Below, piece by piece: positions 1-6,786 of a stretch of DNA of 11,904 nucleotides (position 1 is the stretch's first letter; every line of letters starts with the position of its first letter). The position numbers and the translations under genes are program-made. A model generated the notes under the pieces. It had not been told where the DNA came from, did no database searches, and worked only from the letters and a program-made list of their open reading frames with translations. Source of the stretch: an uncultured Gammaproteobacteria bacterium (lineage in GTDB: Bacteria > Patescibacteriota > Microgenomatia > Daviesbacterales > UBA10151); contig CAYHYM010000014.1 in NCBI GenBank assembly GCA_964360965.1, positions 1 through 11,904 on the forward strand, given 5' to 3'.

Positions 1-889
1 ACAAGAAAACCTTGGGATCTTTTGAGTCAAATAAAAGAAGGGTTGGGTAACCGTCCTCAATTTCCTTCAGGTAATAAATCAGAACTTTTTGGGCAATTTC
101 TTTGCTAAACAGAAGTTGGAAGGTAGGCTCTTGGTTTATTCCTATCTTGTCCAGTATTTGTATAAGCTTTTGTTTTCTGTTTAACCTTACTTCCATCCGG
201 AGTACCTCAAATGGCTTTTTTATCTCAACTGTCTCAAAAAGATTGAGCTGTATAGCATTATCTTTTTCTTCAGCTCGTTTCTCGCTTATCTTAGCCTTAC
301 TCAAATCTTTGAGCTTATCGTAAAATACGACTTCAAAAGAGTTAGCTCTATATTTTAAACTGTGCCCTTCGTTCCTAAAATCTGTCTGGTTTAAATCTAA
401 TCGTTGGTTGATATTTATCTTAGACATTATCTCTAAGTAGGTATAAGGTGTGCTGTAGTCGGTTAAAGGGATATTTTTTGAATAGTGAATATTAGAAACA
501 GGAGCAATTATTAAATTATTCTCAAATAAATAAACACCCATATCTCTAAGTTTCTGTTTGAGTGTAGAAACTACCAACTCAAAGTCGCTATCCTCAAGCT
601 CGTCAAAGTTGTTACCAAATGTCAGCTTTGGCAGAGATAATTCAATTTTTAGGGTAATTTCAAAGTTACGATCCCTATTCATTCTTTTAGTTACCGTTAG
701 CCTCGGCTTATAAATGCCATTTTTTAGCTCAGAGGAGGTAGGGTTTTGTACGCAGGTCATGTTTGATCTACCGCCTAGACGGTAATAATTTGAGGAATCA
801 TATAGCCCCTTTGTTGAGGGACTGAATCTATCGTGTTCCATGATTGTAAACATGCCTTGTTTAAGTGTTAAAACTATCGTATCTATCAT
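1..889 (-). CDS. Rolling-circle replication initiator, filamentous-phage gene II-like. Partial: the C-terminus continues past the left window edge.
   Basis: It is absent from the supplied track because it has no stop inside the window. I checked the frame by hand. Plus-strand triplets 2-4 through 887-889 contain no tta/cta/tca. The ATG is the complement of 887-889, and an in-frame stop lies just upstream (complement of 893-895). The product starts MIDTIVLTLKQGMF, followed by LKIELSLPKLTFGNNFDEL, APVSNIHYSKN, FEVVFYDKLKDL and FEVLRMEVRLNRKQKL. These appear in the same order as landmarks I recall from f1/M13 gene II protein (MIDMLVLRLPF, EIKASPAKVLQGHNVFG, ISRIDATF, LVRFEARIKTRYL). Confidence 0.6.
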   Translation of the reverse strand, partial: MIDTIVLTLKQGMFTIMEHDRFSPSTKGLYDSSNYYRLGGRSNMTCVQNPTSSELKNGIYKPRLTVTKRMNRDRNFEITLKIELSLPKLTFGNNFDELEDSDFELVVSTLKQKLRDMGVYLFENNLIIAPVSNIHYSKNIPLTDYSTPYTYLEIMSKININQRLDLNQTDFRNEGHSLKYRANSFEVVFYDKLKDLSKAKISEKRAEEKDNAIQLNLFETVEIKKPFEVLRMEVRLNRKQKLIQILDKIGINQEPTFQLLFSKEIAQKVLIYYLKEIEDGYPTLLLFDSKDPKVFL

Positions 890-1151
890 TGTTCATTACA
901 TCTTCAAATTTACTGATGACCTCCTTTTCTATAGATTGAGCAAAATCTTTATTTATCGGATGAAAGATATTTATATTTCTTATGCCTAACTTCTTTGTGG
1001 GATAAACCAAGCGATAACCGCCTTCTGGTTTTGTAACAATGCCTACTGATCCTAAGTACAGATTGTTGTCAAGCACGAAACTGGCAAAAGCAACTAAGCC
1101 TTCTTGTGGTTTTATAGGAATTATTTGTATCTCAGATATTTTTATTTTCAT
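861..1151 (-). CDS. spoVG: SpoVG-fold nucleic-acid-binding protein (96 aa)
   Basis: The start is an internal ATG (complement of 1149-1151) of track ORF 861..1268. From there, MKIKISEIQIIPIKPQEGLVAFASFVLDNNLYLGSVGIV...IFHPINKDFAQSIEKEVISKF matches SpoVG along its length (AxASxxLD block, HPIN block). The 39 upstream residues of the track ORF look non-protein-like and overlap a better ORF in another frame. The 3' end overlaps the Rep start by 29 nt. Confidence 0.75.
   Translation of the reverse strand: MKIKISEIQIIPIKPQEGLVAFASFVLDNNLYLGSVGIVTKPEGGYRLVYPTKKLGIRNINIFHPINKDFAQSIEKEVISKFEDVMNNDRYDSFNT
890..908 (-). promoter_or_regulatory. Leader repeat copy A (TTTGAAGATGTAATGAACA on the minus strand), immediately 5' of the Rep ATG
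   Basis: It shares 17 of 19 nt with 2158-2176 and sits at the same position relative to a start codon. This copy lies inside the SpoVG-like coding sequence (..KFEDVMN..). Confidence 0.5.
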
Positions 1152-1314
1152 TACTTTTTCTTTTATTGCGTTGGTCAATTTCAATGAGGATAGAGAAGAA
1201 CCTGACAAGCCTTTGTTTATATTCCAAAACTTCAGTTTCAGACAATTTCTTGCCATATAATTTTTCAAAATATAAAGTTAATCTCTTGTTTGGAATGTCT
1301 GCTTGTGCCATCAC
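1132..1314 (-). CDS. Small hypothetical protein (59-60 aa, helical, basic C-terminal tail)
   Basis: Track ORF with a GTG at 1314 followed directly by an ATG at 1311. The sequence MAQADIPNKRLTLYFEKLYGKKLSETEVLEYKQRLVRFFSILIEIDQRNKRK looks like a real helical protein. Its stop overlaps the SpoVG-like start by 20 nt. I recognise no family. Confidence 0.45.
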   Translation of the reverse strand: MMAQADIPNKRLTLYFEKLYGKKLSETEVLEYKQRLVRFFSILIEIDQRNKRKSNENKNI

Positions 1315-1386
1315 AAGCTGATTTTAGGCTGGAAGTTTAGGAATGTCGTTGTAGGCTCACTGAAGCTTGCTAAAACTCACTTTGTC

Positions 1387-2157
1387 TTACTTTTTCTCAC
1401 TCTGTCTCTCAATTTTCCTGAAGTTAATAGCTGGTAAATTGTGCTTATAAATATACTGTTTAGTAATAGGGTTAATAAACATTAACTTATTCTTAGTAAC
1501 AACTGGAAAGAAAACGTCTTTGAGCTCATTTACAAACCCTAAGTCCCTCACAATGTGAGCTAATCGCTTTTTTAACTTTGCTTTTATTCCGCTTTCCAAT
1601 TCCTCAATTCCAATAGGACGGTTTGGATTTGAGTAAATGAAGCTAAAACAATTATCATTTTCTGAATCAAAATCTGTTTTTGTGAGGACAATGTTATTTA
1701 ATTTAACTTCTCGTGTATGATCGCTATAAGTAATTCGGTAAATAGTATCTGCTTGATATTCTTTTTCTGCAATCTCTTTTCTGATTGCTAAATTTTGATT
1801 CTCTTCTAATCTTAGGATTATCTCCTCTAGGGAATAGAGTGAGTAGTCAAAGTGTAATTTAGTGCGTGATAGCTCTTCTGGAAAACCGCTTATGTGAATG
1901 CTAGGTGGGATTTTTGGTTTAAGGAAGTGGATCGTATAGTGCGATCGTGGTAATTTACCGAGTATTGCGATCGTAGTATCGTACCAATCTGCATATCCAC
2001 CTATATTATTTGACGTATAAGTCTTTAAATCAAAGTTAGGTTCTTTTTGCTTTTCGGGGTAATCTGCAAAAAGATCACGATGGATGTTATAGCCCTCAAG
2101 CAGTAGCTTATCTAGCTGCTTTATTAGTAAGTCAAGATTAGAAGAGTCATCATTCAT
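1387..2157 (-). CDS. Hypothetical protein (256 aa). The C-terminal third may be a winged-helix, OmpR/PhoB-like DNA-binding domain.
   Basis: Clean track ORF. The C-terminal stretch EVKLNNIVLTKTDFDSENDNCFSFIYSNPNRPIGIEELESGI..KLKKRLAHIVRDLGF...FFPVVTKNKLMFINPI follows the pattern I associate with Trans_reg_C wHTH domains. The N-terminal half is unrecognised. Confidence 0.6.
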   Translation of the reverse strand: MNDDSSNLDLLIKQLDKLLLEGYNIHRDLFADYPEKQKEPNFDLKTYTSNNIGGYADWYDTTIAILGKLPRSHYTIHFLKPKIPPSIHISGFPEELSRTKLHFDYSLYSLEEIILRLEENQNLAIRKEIAEKEYQADTIYRITYSDHTREVKLNNIVLTKTDFDSENDNCFSFIYSNPNRPIGIEELESGIKAKLKKRLAHIVRDLGFVNELKDVFFPVVTKNKLMFINPITKQYIYKHNLPAINFRKIERQSEKK

Positions 2158-2176
2158 AGTTCATTACATCCTCAAA
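2158..2176 (-). promoter_or_regulatory. Leader repeat copy B (TTTGAGGATGTAATGAACT on the minus strand), immediately 5' of the ATG of the 256-aa gene
   Basis: It shares 17 of 19 nt with 890-908. It contains GAGGA (SD-like), an ATG-TAA start-stop pair, and a 4-codon mini-ORF (ATG AAC TAT GAA TGA) that overlaps the main ATG. Confidence 0.5.
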
Positions 2177-2223
2177 ACAATCTTATTTTAACAGATTTAT
2201 TATGTGGTATTATAGGCAGCAGG

Positions 2224-2254
2224 GTTAGGCATATTAAGCCCAGAATATAGTAAT
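2224..2254 (+). repeat. Direct repeat copy 1 (GTTAGG-CATATTAAGCCCAGAATATAGTAAT), upstream of the 214-aa ORF
   Basis: It matches 2919-2954 (GTTAGG-ttctg-GTATATTAAGCTCAGAATAAAGAAT) by eye. It ends 2 nt before the ATG at 2257. GGCAGCAG at 2215-2222 recurs at 3015-3022. Confidence 0.55.
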
Positions 2255-2256
2255 TT

Positions 2257-2901
2257 ATGGCCTTAAAGAAATCGATTATCAAAGACGAGATTACTAACAT
2301 CAAAAATCAGATTGATACTGATTTCCTTCAGATTGTTAAAAAAACTAAATATTCGTTCTTTGCAGTTCCTCTTTTAGTTTTTTCCATGACCGACTATTTG
2401 GGAAGTCTTTATAAAGGGTTCAACAGTTCAGAAAATGCAGTGTCTTTTATACGAGAATACTTCTCAAGGAGTAACAGAGCTTATGAAAACTGTGCAGGGA
2501 TTCTATATTTTATTTATAGGCACGGGACAGTACATCAAAGGATTCCCAAATTAACTCAACTTAGGTCAAAGGGGGGTAAGATGAGCTGGTATCTTACGAA
2601 GAACGCAACTACTAGGCACTTAAGGGGATTTAAGATGAAGAATAATTCGGGTAAAGGGTTAATAGTTAGTACGAAATCGCTAATTGTAGATTTAAAAAAG
2701 GCAGTTGAGGAATACGAAAGAGATCTGTTTACTGGTATGATTTCAGCAGTAACTCTAAGAAAAAATTTCTCTAAAGCATATAAAAAGGCAAGGGAATTTC
2801 AAAAGGAAAACCTTCTACTAACAGATCCAAACAACAAAATTCTTACTATAAAAGACTTTGATTTCATTAGGGAACAACTTAAAAGACCACTAACCTTTTA
2901 A
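2257..2901 (+). CDS. Hypothetical protein (214 aa). It is a speculative HEPN-like candidate based on an R-x4-H motif.
   Basis: Clean track ORF divergent from the 256-aa gene. The N-terminal ~90 residues look like three helices ending in LYFIYRHGTVHQ (R88-x4-H93, nt 2518-2535). That position and spacing fit the HEPN Rx4-6H signature, but the motif is short and could arise by chance. Confidence 0.6.
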   Translation: MALKKSIIKDEITNIKNQIDTDFLQIVKKTKYSFFAVPLLVFSMTDYLGSLYKGFNSSENAVSFIREYFSRSNRAYENCAGILYFIYRHGTVHQRIPKLTQLRSKGGKMSWYLTKNATTRHLRGFKMKNNSGKGLIVSTKSLIVDLKKAVEEYERDLFTGMISAVTLRKNFSKAYKKAREFQKENLLLTDPNNKILTIKDFDFIREQLKRPLTF

Positions 2902-2918
2902 ATTTGAGCATATCCATA

Positions 2919-2954
2919 GTTAGGTTCTGGTATATTAAGCTCAGAATAAAGAAT
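2919..2954 (+). repeat. Direct repeat copy 2, downstream of the 214-aa ORF and upstream of the GIY-YIG cassette
   Basis: See 2224-2254. This copy contains TGGTATATT (2929-2937), which resembles an extended -10. Confidence 0.55.
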
Positions 2955-3031
2955 CTTTAAGCTTTCTAAGCTACAATCAATCTCAAGCTCTCGGTTGATG
3001 AATAAGTCCTTGAGGGGCAGCAGTTCGACTT

Positions 3032-3524
3032 TGGTTCGACAAGCTCACCATCGCTCATGGTTATAACCGCTTAGTTGATGTATACTCAGCTCATGATTAG
3101 GTCGAATGTCTCTTCGAGTCTGAGCGATGAGGTCTCAGACCTCAGAGTCGATGACCTGAGCGAGTCCCGAGCGAAGTCGAGGGACGAGTCGAAGGAAATA
3201 AAATATACTGTCTATATTCTCCGGACTTCATTAAATACTCTATACATAGGACAAACCAGTAATCTTTTCAAAAGAATAAAGGAACACCAAAATAAAACTA
3301 CTAAATCTGCAAAATATATTAAATACTTTGATTCATGTGAGCTTGTTTTCTTTGAAGAACACTCAACTAGAATTGAAGCTATGAGGAGAGAATTTCAACT
3401 TAAGAAATGGAGTAAAGTTAAAAAAGAAGCATTAATTAAAGGAGATTTAGGTTTATTAAAGAAACTCTAAAAGAAGGGATTAAAAAAGTTATAACTCTGA
3501 GTGATGGTGAGCGGGGTCGAACCA
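3032..3524 (+). mobile_element. Putative compact GIY-YIG cassette bounded by imperfect ~37-nt inverted repeats
   Basis: IR-L is 3032-3067 (tggttcgac aa gctcaccatc g ctca tg gttataac). The reverse complement of IR-R, 3488-3524, reads tggttcgac ccc gctcaccatc a ctca ga gttataac. About 31 positions match, with one small indel. The ORF begins 8 nt after IR-L and stops 18 nt before IR-R. Confidence 0.4.
3075..3470 (+). CDS. GIY-YIG nuclease superfamily protein (small, catalytic domain only). The true start is uncertain.
   Basis: YTVYILRTSLNTLYIGQTSNLFKRIKEHQ....IEAMRREFQLKKWSKVKKEALI gives GIY-like and YIG elements, the conserved Arg region, and a Glu followed by the KKW..KK tail typical of YhbQ/UPF0213-like proteins. 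The first ~40 residues (TTG 3075 or ATG 3078 up to ..SRDESKE) are translated from a GC-rich, repeat-rich segment and may not be genuine protein. No canonical start lies nearer the domain. Confidence 0.75.
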   Translation: MMYTQLMIRSNVSSSLSDEVSDLRVDDLSESRAKSRDESKEIKYTVYILRTSLNTLYIGQTSNLFKRIKEHQNKTTKSAKYIKYFDSCELVFFEEHSTRIEAMRREFQLKKWSKVKKEALIKGDLGLLKKL

Positions 3525-3564
3525 GAATCGAAGGGAAATCTGGCAAAAGTGGAAATAGAGTAAA

Positions 3565-3969
3565 TTACCAAGGTCGATCTCTTAAACCATCAACAAATCT
3601 AGTCCTTTGATCTTCTGGTAAACTTAAGAAAGTCTGCATTTGTGCTGATAACTCTTGCTGTACAGCAGAAGAACTAAAATTGATTACTCTTGGTGGTACC
3701 TTGCCCTCATCATTTAATTGCCATAACATACCAGCAATATCAAATTCATCCACAATTCTAGTGGCTATATTTCTTCCTGTTTCCTCTTCTTCAACTAATC
3801 CTGAAAATCTTCTTAATCTCTGTAGTGGGTCCTCACCATGATCACCAAAATATGCATCATGGATTGTGCCATTTACATATAGCTCAGCTAGTTCACGATC
3901 TCCAAAGTATGGTCCTTGTCCTGGTTGTTTACCAAATTCCTGGTTTGCCATGTTGCTTTTATACACCAT
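3565..3969 (-). CDS. Hypothetical acidic protein (134 aa, or 128 aa from the ATG at 3951)
   Basis: Clean track ORF. Its composition (D/E/G/R/Q-rich, visibly more GC) differs from the K/N/I-rich neighbours. I recognise no motif. Confidence 0.55.
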   Translation of the reverse strand: MVYKSNMANQEFGKQPGQGPYFGDRELAELYVNGTIHDAYFGDHGEDPLQRLRRFSGLVEEEETGRNIATRIVDEFDIAGMLWQLNDEGKVPPRVINFSSSAVQQELSAQMQTFLSLPEDQRTRFVDGLRDRPW

Positions 3970-4262
3970 TATAGGATGAAAAGCAAGAGTTTGCAGAAGA
4001 TGAGATACATCGGTTACACAAAGTTTGAAAAAATTAGATTATTTAAATATCCCACTCTCCAGAGATTTAGCAAGATCGCAAAAGAACTTACCCATCTCGT
4101 TTTTATCGAATGGTATTAACATTTTGGGTAAATCCTCATCTTTTAAGTCATTTGAGGCTTACACCTCTCAGGTGTAATCGTAATCAACTCCTCCACTCCT
4201 GGAAAGCTGCACATAAGAACCCCTTTGGTATTGGGACATGTTCAATAGTCTAGCTCCTGCAG

Positions 4263-5081
4263 TTATTCTAATATTTTATTTTGGTAGATGAAATCAACAA
4301 TTTCCCCACTGATGAAAATAACCCCTTTGGGAGAAGGATGGATATAATCTTCTTTTCTGACATAATCCAAATTTAGATCCCCATCTTCCTTGATAGATTT
4401 TTCAAAGATATTAATAACGGGAATATTATGATCTTTGGCAAATTTAATATGGTTTTTAATATATGCTATTCTCTCATTGGCCCACTGTTTCCTCTCTTTA
4501 TCAGATAACTCTCGTTGTCCCCTGGCATAATTTTTCCTGCTGGGAGCAATGGTTGCCAAAAAGACAATTTTACCTTGGGGATTTTTATTTTTTATTATTT
4601 GTACAGCCTCCAAAAGCGCTTCTGTTTGTTTTTTTAAGCCTTCATCAAGTGGAAAATCAGATAAAGGGTTATGTCCAAAAGATTCAATCAAAATTAGGTC
4701 AAAGTCAATCTCGGTAATGGCCCTGAACTCCCGTCCGTAAAAAGTTTTTTCCTTAAGTCTTTTTTGAAGAGATAAAATATTGGTTGAGCCAAAACCATAA
4801 TTTAGCACTTCCAAACTTTTTTGGGGATAATATTTGGCAAAATTGTCCCTTATTTCATCCGAATTCCCCAAAGCCTCAATCATTGAATCCCCCACTAAAA
4901 CTAAGGTAAAATCCTGCGGATACTTAACTTTTGTCAGGTCCCCCACCTTGATGAAGGCGGGAGCAGGCTGAGGAGTAGAAATAGGCTTTTTAGAAAAAGG
5001 TGAATTAGCTAAATTTAGAATAAATAGCGCAGTCAGAATAAATATAATGGTGATGGGAACAGTTTTTTTAAAAAGGTTCAT
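4263..5081 (-). CDS. SGNH/GDSL-family hydrolase (esterase/acylhydrolase) with an N-terminal membrane anchor or signal
   Basis: There is a hydrophobic N-terminus (VPITIIFILTALFILNL). Block I is LVLVGDSM, block II is YGFGSTN, block III is ESFGHNP, and block V is DYIHPS. Confidence 0.8.
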   Translation of the reverse strand: MNLFKKTVPITIIFILTALFILNLANSPFSKKPISTPQPAPAFIKVGDLTKVKYPQDFTLVLVGDSMIEALGNSDEIRDNFAKYYPQKSLEVLNYGFGSTNILSLQKRLKEKTFYGREFRAITEIDFDLILIESFGHNPLSDFPLDEGLKKQTEALLEAVQIIKNKNPQGKIVFLATIAPSRKNYARGQRELSDKERKQWANERIAYIKNHIKFAKDHNIPVINIFEKSIKEDGDLNLDYVRKEDYIHPSPKGVIFISGEIVDFIYQNKILE

Positions 5082-5129
5082 TTTTTAGAAACTTTTATTT
5101 TATCCTTTAACTTTGTATTATATCTTAAG

Positions 5130-6731
5130 ATGTTAAGTTTTAAAAAACCACAGTTTTGGATCCTCTTATGTGTGGTTCTGTTTCTGGTGATTTTTGTGGG
5201 CAAATCACTTACTTTTATGGTTGAGATTCCTTTTCATGATTTTGATGAGGCTCACAGGGCAGAGAATGCCAAAAGAATGAAAGAATATGGCAGTTGGCTG
5301 GTTCCTTTATCAGGTAGCCAGTTTGATCGAGTAGTAAAATTTAGTATTCCTGTTTCAGAAAACAGTGATCTTCGTCTTTACTATCATATAGAAAGGCCAT
5401 TTTTAGTTTATCTTTTGATGACTCTATCTACCACTGTTTTTGGCGCTTTTGAATGGGCCTACAGATTACCCTCATTTATACTGGGACTGTCTACTTTTTT
5501 AATTTACCTGATATTTTCCCAAAGATACGCTCCTAATGTAAACTTTTATGCCCTTTTTTTGGGATTGCTTGCCATACTAACCTCTGCGGATTTATGGCTT
5601 TCTTCCCAATACGCTCAGCTTGATACAGGGTTGAGCTTATTTCTCTTTAGCAGTTTACTATTTTTGATCTTTTACGTTCAGCGCAAAAAAGATCTGCTGC
5701 TGGTTTGCTCCGGTTTGACCTTTGGATTGTCGGTTTTATCCAAAGGCCAGCCGGCAGTCATATTTGTTCTTCCTTTGGTAGCCCTTTTGCTGATGAGGAA
5801 GATTGGATGTAAAGATTTGCTTAAATTTTTAGCTTCAGCCTCTGTCTTGCTGGTTCCCTGGATTTTATATTTAGGTTTTAAGTTTGGTTTTTTAGAGGTG
5901 ATCAAAATATTTGTTGGATTTGGCTTTTCCTCAACTGTCCGCTATATTCATCATGATGCCCCGTTTTTTTGGTATGCCAGATGGTGGTGGGATAGTTTAA
6001 GACCTGGATGGACTATATTTTTAGCTCTACTGCTGTGGGACTTAGTACATCATCAGCTAAGCTGGCCAAAGAAAGTATTACTAAGTTATATCCTGGGGGG
6101 ACTGGTTATTTTTTCCCTCCCCCACAATAAAATTTGGTGGTATATTTTACCGCTGGCGCCGGCCCTGGCTTTTTATATTTTTTTATCAGCCGCAGATTAT
6201 TTAAAAAGATCCTCAAACAGACTAATTAATTTATCACTGGTGGTGATTTTGGCAGCCATGCCAATATTTATGGGCAGTACTAACAGGATGGTGATGCTTT
6301 ATGGAATTGTTGTTACCACCCTCTCCCTGATTATTTTAAATAGTAAAGTTATTACCAGGTTGGCTGTGCTCCTTAAATTTAAAGGGATACTTTTTTTAAC
6401 AAGCGTAATTTTTACTTTTGTTGTGTTTAATCTCAACTTTCCCAGGATAATCCCCTATTACTTTGAAACAAAGGAAGTAGCTCAGTATTTTGGTACAATT
6501 TCAGACAAGAAATGCTTATGGATGCTGGACATGCCTGCTGAGGCAGCGCTTTTTTACAGTAATGCCGGGGAAATTCTTCCCTTTAATATTGTGGGGGGGA
6601 AGCTTCAACCGGATCTTGCTTGTAATAATTACATAATTACCCTGTTGGGGCTTGATGATAAAGATCTTATATACTTTCCTGACAAAAAAATAATTTTCCA
6701 ACAAGGAGACATTAAACTAATTAAACTTTAG
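5130..6731 (+). CDS. GT-C fold glycosyltransferase, ArnT/PMT (GT39/GT83)-like polytopic membrane protein
   Basis: 533 aa with many hydrophobic segments. After TM1 the first loop carries FHDFDEAHRAENAKRM, which resembles the acidic DE motif region of ArnT/PMT-type enzymes. There is a C-terminal soluble tail. It is divergent from the SGNH gene across a 48-nt AT-rich spacer. Confidence 0.7.
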   Translation: MLSFKKPQFWILLCVVLFLVIFVGKSLTFMVEIPFHDFDEAHRAENAKRMKEYGSWLVPLSGSQFDRVVKFSIPVSENSDLRLYYHIERPFLVYLLMTLSTTVFGAFEWAYRLPSFILGLSTFLIYLIFSQRYAPNVNFYALFLGLLAILTSADLWLSSQYAQLDTGLSLFLFSSLLFLIFYVQRKKDLLLVCSGLTFGLSVLSKGQPAVIFVLPLVALLLMRKIGCKDLLKFLASASVLLVPWILYLGFKFGFLEVIKIFVGFGFSSTVRYIHHDAPFFWYARWWWDSLRPGWTIFLALLLWDLVHHQLSWPKKVLLSYILGGLVIFSLPHNKIWWYILPLAPALAFYIFLSAADYLKRSSNRLINLSLVVILAAMPIFMGSTNRMVMLYGIVVTTLSLIILNSKVITRLAVLLKFKGILFLTSVIFTFVVFNLNFPRIIPYYFETKEVAQYFGTISDKKCLWMLDMPAEAALFYSNAGEILPFNIVGGKLQPDLACNNYIITLLGLDDKDLIYFPDKKIIFQQGDIKLIKL

Positions 6732-6786
6732 CAAGTATTACTACACATCGGAAGTGGATTAACTATAAGATATGATTTTCTACATC

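Noticed and set aside
102-323. Track ORF of 73 aa on the plus strand
   Set aside because: It has a TTG start and a low-complexity S/L/F-rich product. It lies fully antisense to the much longer open frame of the Rep-like gene, so it is a shadow ORF.
1152-1268. N-terminal 39 codons of track ORF 861..1268, and the plus-strand ORF 1039..1260
   Set aside because: SpoVG homology begins exactly at the internal ATG at 1151. The upstream part reads as non-protein-like sequence and overlaps the better 60-aa ORF in another frame. The plus-strand ORF is an antisense shadow.
3020-3050. tRNA-like look of the GIY-YIG left flank (GGTTCGAC ... GCTCACCA), and of TGGTGAGCGGGGTCGAACC at 3506-3524
   Set aside because: I could not build a T arm with a TTCRANN loop, nor a matching acceptor stem, on either strand. 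The resemblance is limited to short words, so this is not a tRNA or a tRNA fragment I can support.
3916-4119. Track ORF of 67 aa on the plus strand, and a 27-aa minus-strand ORF (about 4036-4119)
   Set aside because: The plus-strand ORF starts antisense inside the 134-aa gene and has no recognisable features or SD. The 27-aa ORF is too short to support without conservation data.
3970-4262. A ~290-nt non-coding gap with an 8-bp hairpin TTACACCT-CTC-AGGTGTAA (4159-4177), considered as a terminator or small RNA
   Set aside because: No U-run follows the stem on either strand and there is no other conserved-looking structure. It may still be the 3' UTR of the SGNH gene, but I cannot support a specific feature.
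4463-4740. Plus-strand track ORFs 4463..4717 and 4549..4740
   Set aside because: They lie antisense within the well-supported SGNH hydrolase gene and their products are low-complexity.
5678-6704. Minus-strand track ORFs 5678..5905 and 6516..6704
   Set aside because: They are antisense shadows inside the GT-C glycosyltransferase gene.
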